Positions 9,426 through 19,105 of a stretch of DNA of 64,000 nucleotides are shown here, piece by piece. Below the pieces are notes generated by a model that had not been told where the DNA came from, made no database searches, and saw only the letters and a program-made list of their open reading frames with translations. This DNA is from a virus: positions 1-64,000 of the IMG/VR virus record IMGVR_UViG_3300027852_000001. One strand, given 5' to 3'. How positions within the stretch are numbered: the first letter of the stretch is position 1; every line of letters begins with the position of its first letter. The translations under genes and the position numbers were made by a program.

Positions 9426-10457
9426 TTATGGCAAAACTATTTTACGAACTTCACTCTCAAGAGCGTTTAGTTGCTCCGGATTGTCTTTTAGGAACTTTGA
9501 TAACTTAGAAATACCTTGGAATTTTGGAGAATTTTCTTCTGTACCAAACATAGGTATAGAATACCACGCTCCAGCTTTCTCTATCAACCCAAGATTCTCT
9601 GCTGTTATTATTGTGTCTCTTACTGTATCTATTCCTATACCGTACCTTAGAGGAAGTACACACGGAAGCAATGGTCTCCCCATTGCGGAACACTGTACCG
9701 TTACGTGCATATCGTGACCGTCTGGAGCATTTGTTTCTGCATTCCTCTCCCACTGCTGAGTCCACGTTACTTTTAACCATACTGAACACGCATATTGGAT
9801 AGCAGCCCCACCTTTTTCTACATACTTTGGACCACGAGGGTCTCTACTGCTCATCAACTGAGATATAAAAATCAATATTACATCTTGTGAGTCTACTATT
9901 TGCTGAGCCCTTCTAAAAAATGCAGACAATAACTTTGCTGGTCCTGCCATATCTTTGTTCTGGCCTATTTGATCTTCGTTTTCTTTCATTGTTGACAAAG
10001 CCGCAATACTATCTATTACAACAACAGCTTTCTTGGTTGTTTTTGCTATTCGTTCGATAATATCTAAATAATTTTCAGCAGTTAACGCTGCTTCTACCTT
10101 GTGTGGAATGATTTGTAATTTATCTTGATCTAAATCTTGTATTGTCGACAAAAGTGCTGGAGTACATCTTTTTTCTATGTTCAAATAAAATGTTGGACGT
10201 CCAGCTTTTTGTGCATTTTTAAGAATTTCAAGACAAAGTGTTGTTTTTCCACTTTTTGGTTTTCCTGTTATAAGACATATTGTTCCATCAGGTATTCCAC
10301 CACTCAAGGCCATGTCTAAAGACAATGGTGTATTTAGAATATCTTTGGAACTAGGGGGTAGTGCTGCAGAAGCACTATCCATAATTCCTTCTCCATACAT
10401 TCTTGTTAAGGTTGAATCAAGAGTTTCTTTTGTTATTTTTTTAGATTTTTTAGCCAT
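9426..10457 (-). CDS. RecA/RadA-family recombinase
   Basis: LDMALSGGIPDGTICLITGKPKSGKTTL (Walker A) and VVVIDSIAAL (Walker B) parallel RecA LDIALG..G.P.GRI.EI.G.ESSGKTTL and V.V.DSVAAL. 343 aa. Confidence 0.8.
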   Translation of the reverse strand: MAKKSKKITKETLDSTLTRMYGEGIMDSASAALPPSSKDILNTPLSLDMALSGGIPDGTICLITGKPKSGKTTLCLEILKNAQKAGRPTFYLNIEKRCTPALLSTIQDLDQDKLQIIPHKVEAALTAENYLDIIERIAKTTKKAVVVIDSIAALSTMKENEDQIGQNKDMAGPAKLLSAFFRRAQQIVDSQDVILIFISQLMSSRDPRGPKYVEKGGAAIQYACSVWLKVTWTQQWERNAETNAPDGHDMHVTVQCSAMGRPLLPCVLPLRYGIGIDTVRDTIITAENLGLIEKAGAWYSIPMFGTEENSPKFQGISKLSKFLKDNPEQLNALESEVRKIVLP

Positions 10458-10908
10458 TTTCTATTCTTCTTATTTTGGCTAACGGTCCCTCGTTTCCAGT
10501 ATCTACGAAAGTAGAATTCCCTTTAACATCACTTACGCGTTTATGTTCTTTTTTTGATAATAATTTTTTATTTTCAATTAATTCTTCTATTCTTTTTTTT
10601 GTAAATTTTGCCACAGATGCTACAGTTTTACTTGCAACAAGTGCTTTTATATTTCTTTCTCTAATTATTTGAATTAAAGCAGTTTGTATTTGTGTGTCTG
10701 TTATGTCAAAAATTTTTCCTAAATTAGAAACACCCTTGATTTCACGTCTATATTTTGGTCCCCAATATTTTTTATCTGACCAAAATCTTGGTGCAAGTTT
10801 TGCATTAACATTTAAACACACTAGTTCTATTAAGTAATCTCTGAAATATACCTTCAAACCTGGGGTAGTTGGTGAATCATATGTTTTTTTGGATTTTTCT
10901 TTACTCAT
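10450..10908 (-). CDS. hypothetical protein
   Basis: 152-aa minus-strand ORF with an 8-nt overlap with the recombinase start. Confidence 0.5.
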   Translation of the reverse strand: MSKEKSKKTYDSPTTPGLKVYFRDYLIELVCLNVNAKLAPRFWSDKKYWGPKYRREIKGVSNLGKIFDITDTQIQTALIQIIRERNIKALVASKTVASVAKFTKKRIEELIENKKLLSKKEHKRVSDVKGNSTFVDTGNEGPLAKIRRIENG

Positions 10909-10913
10909 TATAA

Positions 10914-11381
10914 TTATTTCCGAATTAACATAAATCCAGCTTTTATTTCTGTTTTTTGTTCTTCAACCACTTTATCAAAATTTGGTTGTCTGTACCACAT
11001 AATATTAACCATTTGTCCATCAAAATATCCCAAACCAAGACACGTTTCCCTCATACCTCTCCAAACACCAATCTGTTTGTTTCCAAAGAAATACCCATCT
11101 TGGTTGGACGGTAATGTTATTACATCTCCACCGACTTTCTGTAGTCTCATACCAGTAATGTGAGTGTCTTTATTCTCTTTTAACCACTCACCAAGTCTAG
11201 TCCATGCATGTTTTTGTCCTGGTACATTGTCTTGAATTACTGTTCTACCATCAGATAGAGATATAAGAAATCTTGTCTGTGGAGTGTGTTTTGTTACTTC
11301 AAAAGATATTTTATCATCATTCATGTTATTCGTCACCACCTTCCGCACGATCTCCGTATGGTGATCTATTAAGTTGCTCAT
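10914..11381 (-). CDS. hypothetical protein
   Basis: 155-aa minus-strand ORF in the packed array. Confidence 0.5.
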   Translation of the reverse strand: MSNLIDHHTEIVRKVVTNNMNDDKISFEVTKHTPQTRFLISLSDGRTVIQDNVPGQKHAWTRLGEWLKENKDTHITGMRLQKVGGDVITLPSNQDGYFFGNKQIGVWRGMRETCLGLGYFDGQMVNIMWYRQPNFDKVVEEQKTEIKAGFMLIRK

Positions 11382-11661
11382 CGGCCCTCATAGATTCACT
11401 TGGTGTCATACTATGAACACCCTTACCCATATCCAATGCCCTTCTCTTATCTGTTGGTTTTATTCTTAACACCCTATCATCCATATTTCTTGCTGTTGTT
11501 GGTTGTGTTTCTTCGGCTTCCTTATCAAGAAATCCATCAAGCAATAACATAGCTTCATTGATAAATGCTTGCTTGGTCTTTGTGTCTTTTCTTCCAAGAT
11601 TAACTTTTGATTCTTGCAAAAATTTTTCAAAAGTTTTTCTAAATTTCTTATACCCAGTCAT
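11326..11661 (-). CDS. hypothetical protein
   Basis: 111-aa minus-strand ORF. Its 3' end overlaps the downstream gene's start by 56 nt, so that gene's start is uncertain. Confidence 0.45.
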   Translation of the reverse strand: MTGYKKFRKTFEKFLQESKVNLGRKDTKTKQAFINEAMLLLDGFLDKEAEETQPTTARNMDDRVLRIKPTDKRRALDMGKGVHSMTPSESMRADEQLNRSPYGDRAEGGDE

Positions 11662-11968
11662 TTCGCAATCTCCTTTGTGCTACAAGTAGTGATGTCGGAT
11701 TTTTAATTTCAAGAAATTCTACATATTTATCAAAACAATTCTTGCTACATTTTGTAAGATTCCAAAACGATAATCCTCGTTCTCTGTCTTTTTTATATAT
11801 ATCATGACTTGTTGGGTTAAACAAGTCTCCGCTAGAAGAAGCCATAACAAAATATAAATTAGTATTACCATCTATCGATTTAATTATAGCTACAACATTG
11901 CTTGCAGAAGACAAACAATTGTTTGAGACACATGAAAATCCATTAAAATCAATTGATGTTATTTTCAC
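11648..11968 (-). CDS. hypothetical protein
   Basis: 106-aa minus-strand ORF. Confidence 0.5.
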   Translation of the reverse strand: MKITSIDFNGFSCVSNNCLSSASNVVAIIKSIDGNTNLYFVMASSSGDLFNPTSHDIYKKDRERGLSFWNLTKCSKNCFDKYVEFLEIKNPTSLLVAQRRLRNDWV

Positions 11969-12294
11969 TTACTTCTCACACTAAAAACTACATCAGAATC
12001 TGGAGCACCGTCTTCTTGTTCTATAATTTCAAAAAACATAAAATCATCAGGAGCACCTGGATAAAATTGTCCAACTATTTGTTCTACCTGAGAATATTGT
12101 CCGCAATAACCACATTTTGCTACTACTCTAGTAATCACGTTTTGGGAACCAACACTGTCGGATGTTGCCTTTTGTATTTGTAGTAATTTTTTTTCACAGC
12201 CGATACATTTCAATTCACACATCCCAGCGTTGCGTAATCCCTGTAACTGACGTTTGTTTAAATTACCATTCATATTAATTTCTGTTTTATCCAT
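11965..12294 (-). CDS. hypothetical zinc-ribbon protein
   Basis: 109 aa with CELKCIGCEKK...CGYCGQ. ATGA-type 4-nt overlap. Confidence 0.5.
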   Translation of the reverse strand: MDKTEINMNGNLNKRQLQGLRNAGMCELKCIGCEKKLLQIQKATSDSVGSQNVITRVVAKCGYCGQYSQVEQIVGQFYPGAPDDFMFFEIIEQEDGAPDSDVVFSVRSK

Positions 12295-12620
12295 TAATCT
12301 TTCTCTCCAGTTTGAATATATTTTGTGGGATCTTTTAGAATGTCTTTATCTATTTTTGATTTATTTTCTCTCCACCAAGGACGACAATTAAGTTTATTCT
12401 TACCTTCACCTAATCTATCTTTTGGCTTAGATCGAGATTTTGGTCTACCTGTACATGGATTTTCTGTTCCCTTTACTATAGCGGCAGCACCACTCCCTAT
12501 CAATTTAACCAAACTGTCTTTACCACATTTCTTACAAGTAATTAGTGGTTCTACTAGCATTCCGTGGAATGCATCAAAATGATCTCCACAGTTTTCACAT
12601 TCATATTCATATGTTGGCAT
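12294..12620 (-). CDS. FmdB-family zinc-ribbon protein
   Basis: N-terminus MPTYEYECENCGDHFDAF...ITCKKCGK is the CxxC_CxxC_SSSS (FmdB) signature. Confidence 0.7.
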   Translation of the reverse strand: MPTYEYECENCGDHFDAFHGMLVEPLITCKKCGKDSLVKLIGSGAAAIVKGTENPCTGRPKSRSKPKDRLGEGKNKLNCRPWWRENKSKIDKDILKDPTKYIQTGEKD

Positions 12621-12626
12621 ACTTAA

Positions 12627-13253
12627 TTATACCTCCTGTTGTCTTTCTCGTTCCAAAAAAGTTCCATATTTTTTGGTAAATTGAGCCAATCTTTGTTTGT
12701 CGTTATACGAAAATTTTCCATCAGTAGTTTCAAGTGAGATGTAATGTTTTATTAATCTAACAGCTTCTGGTGATTCATGATTTACTTTTTTAACAGCACT
12801 GGTGAGCATTCTAAGCATATCTCCTCTTTTCATAAAAGCTCTAATTAGTAATAAACCAGCACCAACAAAAATAATAACAATCACTGAACTTCCGATAACA
12901 ACCCATCCAGCCCCGTTGTAGTTAATTGTTTCAGCTTGAATTTCATTTTTCCATACAGAAATGTCTTCTAGACTACATGTTATTTCTTCTGCAACTTGAT
13001 TAACTTGTTCTATTTGACAAGTAATATCTTCTATGTTTTCCGCAACAACAGTAGCATCTGCTTTTTGGTCTATTAAGTTTTCCAAAGAACCCATATCATT
13101 TCTTACACCCTGTATTTCAGTTTTTACCGCTTCGGGAGAAAGGCATGATACTAATAGCAAGACGAAAAAGACAGAGGCAAAACATTGAATTAATTTCTTG
13201 ACGATCTTCGTCTTATTTCTTTGCGTTGTGCTTTTTTCTTTCTTTTGGTACAT
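12627..13253 (-). CDS. putative lipoprotein / membrane protein with coiled coil and C-terminal TM
   Basis: Signal-like FASVFFVLLLVSC (lipobox LVSC) and later TM GWVVIGSSVIVIIFVGAGLLLI. Overlaps the RNase H 3' end by 64 nt, so the start is uncertain. Confidence 0.5.
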   Translation of the reverse strand: MYQKKEKSTTQRNKTKIVKKLIQCFASVFFVLLLVSCLSPEAVKTEIQGVRNDMGSLENLIDQKADATVVAENIEDITCQIEQVNQVAEEITCSLEDISVWKNEIQAETINYNGAGWVVIGSSVIVIIFVGAGLLLIRAFMKRGDMLRMLTSAVKKVNHESPEAVRLIKHYISLETTDGKFSYNDKQRLAQFTKKYGTFLERERQQEV

Positions 13254-13663
13254 TTCCCATTTTTCCTTTCGAACACTTCATTAACCAATGCGTCTGCTCT
13301 TTTATTCTCTCTACGCGGAACCCACTTAATTGTATATTCGTCAAATTCTTTCAGAAGCTCTAAGACTCTATCCCTGTGGGCCTCAAGTTCTGGTTTGTTG
13401 ACCTTATACGCTTTGGTTACTTGTCTTACTACTAGTTGACTGTCACCTATTATGTGGACAATTTTTATGCCGTGTTTTATACTCCCTTGTAGTCCTGCAA
13501 TTAATGCTCTGTATTCCGCTATATTGGATGTTCCTTGGCCGCACGTTCTTTTTCCGCTAGTCAGTACTCTTTCTTCGTTCTCAACGTCACATAGCAACCA
13601 TCCATATGCCATAACTTCTTTTCTTATGCCGCCATCAAAATACAAAATTGCTTCTTCATTCAT
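13190..13663 (-). CDS. rnhA: ribonuclease H (RNase HI-like)
   Basis: ILYFDGG, NIAEYRALIAGL, IIGDSQLVV, ENKRADALVN. Start set to the ATG at 13663, which shares one base with the upstream TAA (TAATG). Confidence 0.75.
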   Translation of the reverse strand: MNEEAILYFDGGIRKEVMAYGWLLCDVENEERVLTSGKRTCGQGTSNIAEYRALIAGLQGSIKHGIKIVHIIGDSQLVVRQVTKAYKVNKPELEAHRDRVLELLKEFDEYTIKWVPRRENKRADALVNEVFERKNGKCTKRKKKAQRKEIRRRSSRN

Positions 13664-14616
13664 TAGAATGGTGTCACACCCCCTCCAATTTCCGTATCTG
13701 CTCCCTCGCACATATCTCTAAAAAAGCACCTAGAACAAGCACGTTCATTATCGGTCCTTTCGAAAAATGATTTATCATCTTTGTTATTAAAGGCGTCTGT
13801 TAGTAGTGGATATTCTTTTCTTATTATACCAGCCTGTCTTTTCATTCTGTCCATTGTTACATTAAGGTTGGGAATTGCAGAATCTTTAATTTCTTCATAT
13901 GCTGCCAGATATACCGGAACAATGATAATATCGGACGGATCTTTAGCCCATCCTTGCTTAATAGCATACATAGCGTATGTTGTTAATTGATCTATAACAG
14001 AATCGCTTACTCTACCGGTTTTCCAATCAAGCAACCAGACCTTTCCTTCGTACTTAAATCCACAGTCTATTTTTACTGTAACTTCTTCTCCTGTGTTCAT
14101 CTGGAATTTTTGGAAATCTTCCAAAGATAACCAATCTTCTGGTTTTAAATTTTTAATGATATTAAACAGATAACAATCGTAAAAAGCTTTTAATGATTTT
14201 AATATCTTTGTTTTGTATCCAGTTAATTTTTCTTGTGGAATTTCTTCTTGGTAAAAATGTTCTGATAGATTTATATTATATTTTGGACTTTCTTCCCATC
14301 TTTTTTCAAATGATTGTTTCCAACCCTTCCTAAGAAGTTGTACAGCATCATGTTGAGCGTGTTCTAGTGTCTTCCATTTTCCAGAACATCTTCCCTCTTT
14401 AATAATATCTTCTATCACATCGTGAACAATACTTCCTACGAACATTGGTAGATTAGTCATGTTTTTTAACATATATGCTCTGCGAGATTCTTGGGGAGCA
14501 CTTCCTCCCCATCCACCCCATGCAACGTGATACATTAAATGATATCTTCTCCTACACTCTCTCAGGCATTTAACGCGACTTTCAGACCATGCGTATATTT
14601 GTTCCAATTTAGACAT
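13663..14616 (-). CDS. PD-(D/E)XK nuclease, Cas4/AddB-like with Fe-S cysteines (copy 2)
   Basis: CLRECRRRY near the N-terminus, KIDCGFKYEGKVWLLDWKTG core, C-terminal CSRCFFRDMC. Confidence 0.7.
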   Translation of the reverse strand: MSKLEQIYAWSESRVKCLRECRRRYHLMYHVAWGGWGGSAPQESRRAYMLKNMTNLPMFVGSIVHDVIEDIIKEGRCSGKWKTLEHAQHDAVQLLRKGWKQSFEKRWEESPKYNINLSEHFYQEEIPQEKLTGYKTKILKSLKAFYDCYLFNIIKNLKPEDWLSLEDFQKFQMNTGEEVTVKIDCGFKYEGKVWLLDWKTGRVSDSVIDQLTTYAMYAIKQGWAKDPSDIIIVPVYLAAYEEIKDSAIPNLNVTMDRMKRQAGIIRKEYPLLTDAFNNKDDKSFFERTDNERACSRCFFRDMCEGADTEIGGGVTPF

Positions 14617-14652
14617 TAATTTCTCCGATACTGTTTCTTATAGGCGTTAAAT

Positions 14653-15846
14653 CTACCCATTCTGCTGTAACCTTTCGCCAATACCGTCTCTATTAATGTA
14701 ATAAGTTCTATCCCAAAATGGGAAAAACTCTGGAGAGAATCTTGTAATACTACCTTTTATGTCCTGTTGTAATGTAACAATAGAGAAACCAACATGAGCA
14801 GCAAGCTTTCTCTTTCTCATGAACCTAGTCTGATCTTGCATACATCCAGCCTGAACACAATGAACATTACGAGGAAAACAATATTCTTGTTTGTGGTAAT
14901 GTCCGATAATACATACTGCTGGTTTTTCACCACCCTGGAACGATTCTACTAACTTTTGACTTGCGTATGAGAATGCATATGAGCTTCCTCCACCAGCATG
15001 GATAACCTTGACGATAGCCTTGCCTTTGGGGGCCTTTAGTTCAAAGTCTGCTTCCATATATCCCATATAAACTAGATCGTCTCGTCCCTGGGCCTTAGCT
15101 TCTAACATTAAGAAACGACCGAACTCAATTCCCTCTCTCTGTTGGAACCAACCCTCGTGGTCATCACCATCAACAAAATATGTTTTAATCCCAGGTCTAG
15201 AAGGCCAGTGGTCAATAGCATACTGACATTGATCTGCAATTCCATGCGCAAGAAGTTCGTGGGTATTGAATCTACACTCACCATCTATATAGTTACCTGG
15301 ACATAGTACTGTGTTGATGCCTCGTGCTGCAAACTCGTCATAAGCCGCGTTCATAACATCAAGTCTCTCTGCTTTGCTGCACAGATGCATATCTGCAATT
15401 ACACCAAAAGATATTGGCTTTTCATAAAAATGATTTTCTATGGTTATACCACTGTTTGATTGTTCAGCAGATTTTCCTAATTGAATCGTATTTCCTCTGC
15501 GTTGGATTATATATCCTCTTTCCTCCATGTCGTCAATAACAGCCAGCACATCTTCTTCTGTTGAATGCATTTTACTGGCAACTTTAGCCGCCGTTGTAGC
15601 CTTCTTTATTCGTCTAGCAACTTCAGACCTAAACAATGGATCATTCGGATCAATACCAACTTGAGGTATTCCAGCCATGATAGTTTCTGCTTGAGTAATA
15701 AGTTTTCTGGCTTTCCAAACTGTTATTCCCAATTCATTAGCCACTTCTTCTCTTAATACTCCAGTACTATTCGTTTTGTTGTGAGCACGAATAAGATTAA
15801 CTACCTCTTGAATTTGCTCATCTACTTTTGGTTTATCTTTAGCCAC
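14653..15846 (-). CDS. winged-helix plus calcineurin-like metallophosphoesterase
   Basis: N-terminal HTH-like segments, then GVIADMHLC, CPGNYIDG, VDGDDHEGW, HAGGG, IIGHYH phosphoesterase motifs. Confidence 0.6.
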   Translation of the reverse strand: MAKDKPKVDEQIQEVVNLIRAHNKTNSTGVLREEVANELGITVWKARKLITQAETIMAGIPQVGIDPNDPLFRSEVARRIKKATTAAKVASKMHSTEEDVLAVIDDMEERGYIIQRRGNTIQLGKSAEQSNSGITIENHFYEKPISFGVIADMHLCSKAERLDVMNAAYDEFAARGINTVLCPGNYIDGECRFNTHELLAHGIADQCQYAIDHWPSRPGIKTYFVDGDDHEGWFQQREGIEFGRFLMLEAKAQGRDDLVYMGYMEADFELKAPKGKAIVKVIHAGGGSSYAFSYASQKLVESFQGGEKPAVCIIGHYHKQEYCFPRNVHCVQAGCMQDQTRFMRKRKLAAHVGFSIVTLQQDIKGSITRFSPEFFPFWDRTYYINRDGIGERLQQNG

Positions 15847-17631
15847 TTAGCTATCTCCTTTCGGAATGTCGCATTTACCGCTTGGACAATCATTAACGGC
15901 AGCTTCTGCCTTAGAACTAGTTAAATATTTTTCAGCTTCTTCTATTGGTAATGGAATTAAAGGAGATTCACCTTTGCTTCCATCCATATACACAGTAACA
16001 CCCTTTAAGAACATTATATATTCCATTATGGTATCAGATAGAGTTTCTGAATCATAATCTGATGGAAGATTTATTGTTTTTGATATAGAATTATCTATAT
16101 GTTTTTGACATACTTTCTGCATCATCAAATGTTCTTCTGGTGAAATATTATGTGCTCCCTGAAAATGATCAGTTGGTCTCCCTTCTTTGATGAATTTCTT
16201 TAGTAGTGGATGAATTACGGTTTCACTCCCCTTTATTTGACTGTTTTCGTCATGCGTATCAGAGTGTCTGTTGAACCTTCTTTTATATACGGGTTGAAAT
16301 AATGGTTCTATTCCAGACGAACATCCAGAAACAATAGATGTTGTTCCTGTTGGTGCCATAGTCAAGATAGCACAGTTACGAATACCATGCTCTTTTATAA
16401 GTCTTATATGTCTTCTGGTAAGATGTTTTTTAACAAATCCTGTTTTGACATGCTTGTCTGCATCAAATGCTTCAAAAGATCCTTTTTCTACAGCAGTCAT
16501 AATACTAGTATGATACGCTTGTTTTTTTATAAAATCCATTACTTCATTAACTATTTTTCTACCTTCTTCAGTAGAATATTTTAATCCAAGCTCTAGAAGC
16601 ATATCATGTAAACCCATGACTCCCAAACCTATTCTTCTGTGTCTCTGAGATGTTTCTTGTATTAATGGAAGTGGATAATTATTCTGGTCTAATACATTAT
16701 CTAAAAATCTTGTACCAAGTGCTGTGGTTTCTTCTAACATGTCCCAATCTATTTCACCATCAACCACATGTGTGTGTAAGTTAATTGCACCAAGACAACA
16801 ACATCCATATTCTTCTAAAGTCACTTCTCCGCACGGATTAGTTGAAGAAATTTCTCCACCTTTCGCATATGCTATTGTGTTTTGTTCCTGCATTAACCCC
16901 ATATTTATAATTCCTGGATCTCCGTTTTTCATAGAATTTTTAATTATTTTATTCCAAACATCAATAGCAGGAACTTGTCCCAACACGTCTCCATGCCATT
17001 TAAAAACAATGTCTTTTTTTTCTTTGATAAGTTTAAAAAATTCATCATCAACTAGAATTGATATGTTGGCATTTGATAATTCTTGGTTGTCTAATTTTGC
17101 TGATAAAAACTCTAGAAGATCTGGATGTCTCCAATCTAAACAATACAACAAAGCCGAACGCCTACCCCCACCCTCTCTAAGTTCATTACATACTGCATTA
17201 ACTGCTCTCATCAAACTGACAGAACCAGTCGCTTCACCACCAGTTCCTCTTATTGGTGTACCTCTTGGACGAATTTTTGAGAAATTAATACCAACTCCAC
17301 CGCCAGTTCCTGATATTATGGTTACGTTTCTTAGAACATCTCCCCAACCTTCTCTGGAATCTTCTGCTGGTATTACGAAACAATTTAAAATTTGACCTCT
17401 TGGCCTACCAGACCCTCTCCAAATTCTACCACCAGGAGAAAATCTATTTGTTTCCAATATATCTAAAAATCTTTTGTAATACTCATCTCGTTTTACACCT
17501 AATTCAGCATCTGCTATAAATCTTGAAACTCTCTCACAAGCTTGGGAAAAAGTTTCTTCAGGATGTATTGCGTACCGATCCTTAAAAATATCCAATGCAA
17601 AATCAGTTGGATTATACTTTTCTAGACTCAA
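15847..17631 (-). CDS. nrdJ: ribonucleotide reductase, class II (adenosylcobalamin-dependent, NrdJ-like)
   Basis: 594 aa. Active-site TNPCGEVTLEEYGCCCLGAINL, NCFVIP, GGGVG, TMAPTGTTS. No separate beta subunit nearby. Confidence 0.85.
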   Translation of the reverse strand: MSLEKYNPTDFALDIFKDRYAIHPEETFSQACERVSRFIADAELGVKRDEYYKRFLDILETNRFSPGGRIWRGSGRPRGQILNCFVIPAEDSREGWGDVLRNVTIISGTGGGVGINFSKIRPRGTPIRGTGGEATGSVSLMRAVNAVCNELREGGGRRSALLYCLDWRHPDLLEFLSAKLDNQELSNANISILVDDEFFKLIKEKKDIVFKWHGDVLGQVPAIDVWNKIIKNSMKNGDPGIINMGLMQEQNTIAYAKGGEISSTNPCGEVTLEEYGCCCLGAINLHTHVVDGEIDWDMLEETTALGTRFLDNVLDQNNYPLPLIQETSQRHRRIGLGVMGLHDMLLELGLKYSTEEGRKIVNEVMDFIKKQAYHTSIMTAVEKGSFEAFDADKHVKTGFVKKHLTRRHIRLIKEHGIRNCAILTMAPTGTTSIVSGCSSGIEPLFQPVYKRRFNRHSDTHDENSQIKGSETVIHPLLKKFIKEGRPTDHFQGAHNISPEEHLMMQKVCQKHIDNSISKTINLPSDYDSETLSDTIMEYIMFLKGVTVYMDGSKGESPLIPLPIEEAEKYLTSSKAEAAVNDCPSGKCDIPKGDS

Positions 17632-18263
17632 GGATTATCTCTCCCCTCTATTTGTATTGGACCAAAACCCTCGTCCTCTATTATATTAGGATCAGTAGTA
17701 ACCATATTATTATGGACATATTCGTATATTATGTTTCTGAAAGGTTTGATAAAACAATTAATATAATCGTCCGATAAAGAATAAGAACATGAATCAGCAG
17801 TTCTTAGACTAAACCAATTGTCAATGTTTCCCTTTCCTACTTTTGCTATAAATTGTCTGATAGCTTTTTCTGTTGGGTTGGGTCTTATGTCGTACATATG
17901 CATAGACACTAATCTTATTACTTTGTCTATAAAATCTTCAGATGCCCCCCATTCCTGCAGTACAACTTTAGCAATTTGCGATGATTTGATGTCATGGTTT
18001 GGAAATTTTGAAGTTAATGATTTATCAACCACAACACAACATTTGCCAAGATCATGGAATAGGCCAGACACCAAAGAGATGTCATTATCTTCCCTGAGCA
18101 AGTCTATCACAGACATTGTGTGATCCCAAACTGTTTTATCATCCCTTTGTATTACTTTTCTAGTTGCTTGCAAGTAATCAAAATCCACGTCAGTAGATTC
18201 CCAATACTGACTTGGAAATTCGACACTTCTCATTCCTCTGATTATTTCAGTTATTTTATTCAT
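17628..18263 (-). CDS. HD-domain phosphohydrolase
   Basis: WDHTMSV...GLFHDLGK (H...HD) motif. 211 aa. Confidence 0.6.
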   Translation of the reverse strand: MNKITEIIRGMRSVEFPSQYWESTDVDFDYLQATRKVIQRDDKTVWDHTMSVIDLLREDNDISLVSGLFHDLGKCCVVVDKSLTSKFPNHDIKSSQIAKVVLQEWGASEDFIDKVIRLVSMHMYDIRPNPTEKAIRQFIAKVGKGNIDNWFSLRTADSCSYSLSDDYINCFIKPFRNIIYEYVHNNMVTTDPNIIEDEGFGPIQIEGRDNP

Positions 18264-19096
18264 TGATTATTGGCTATAGTTTCATCTATGTATTCTTTTA
18301 CAGTTGTTATTGATATAGCGTATGCTAAATGGGTCATAATTTGGTTACTATAAGATACTGTTACTGAAAATGGTATTCCTATCAAATAGTAATGTCCATC
18401 ATATTCTTTAAATAGACCTCCTCCGCTAGATCCTGGAGATATATGTGATGTATTTTGATATAAAATCCAATGCTTGTCTCCATTGTCTCCTACAAGAATT
18501 CTTGAAATTATACCAGTAGTTGGTGTTGGAGATTGTCCTAACTGACATCCCACAGCTATTATCTCATCAAAAACACGAACATTTTTTAACATTTGTTCAT
18601 TTGCAATCATTGCTACGTTGAATGTTTTATCAGACACAAAAGATATTATTGATATGTCATATGGAACATCTTCAAATAAAACATCTGCACAATAAACTTC
18701 TGCTTCTTGATTTTCTCCACTGAATGTAATTATACTGCATCCAGTATCCACCACATCAAATATTACTTCTCCAGTTATAGAATTGATACCACTTAGGTAT
18801 TCATTTACTCTGTCATGTGTTACATGTGCATTGGTTAACACTATATATTTGTAAGTATTTTTTTCTTGTGTATTTATTTTGGAGATTATAGTACCAGATC
18901 CGCTTCCAAACATTGTCCGCACCTGAACTGTTGTGTTCAGTGTTTCTTGTTGTTTAATGCTTACCTGATCTATCACATCCGGTAAGGTTATTTCATCTGA
19001 TTTTGTATTTGCTGATGAAAAAGCAATAACAATAATTACAGCCAAAAAAGATGAAAATAACAACATTTTTTTACTAATATTCATAATATTCTCCAA
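18260..19096 (-). CDS. exported trypsin-like (S1/HtrA-like, no PDZ) serine protease
   Basis: N-terminal TM/signal MLLFSSFLAVIIVIAF. Catalytic TNAHV (His) and SPGSSGGGLF (Ser). Confidence 0.7.
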   Translation of the reverse strand: MENIMNISKKMLLFSSFLAVIIVIAFSSANTKSDEITLPDVIDQVSIKQQETLNTTVQVRTMFGSGSGTIISKINTQEKNTYKYIVLTNAHVTHDRVNEYLSGINSITGEVIFDVVDTGCSIITFSGENQEAEVYCADVLFEDVPYDISIISFVSDKTFNVAMIANEQMLKNVRVFDEIIAVGCQLGQSPTPTTGIISRILVGDNGDKHWILYQNTSHISPGSSGGGLFKEYDGHYYLIGIPFSVTVSYSNQIMTHLAYAISITTVKEYIDETIANNQ

Positions 19097-19105
19097 AAAA
19101 TTATT

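Noticed and set aside
16724-17395. Long plus-strand ORFs, for example 16724..17395 (223 aa), 33316..33996 (226 aa), 31813..32400 (195 aa), 29889..30314, 7634..8032 and about 60 shorter ones.
   Set aside because: Each lies entirely antisense to a minus-strand gene with clear enzyme motifs (RNR, AAA ATPase and others). Their composition is low-complexity and Ser/Leu/Phe-rich, typical of shadow frames in AT-rich DNA, and they lack SD sequences. Only 35087..35341 was accepted on the plus strand.
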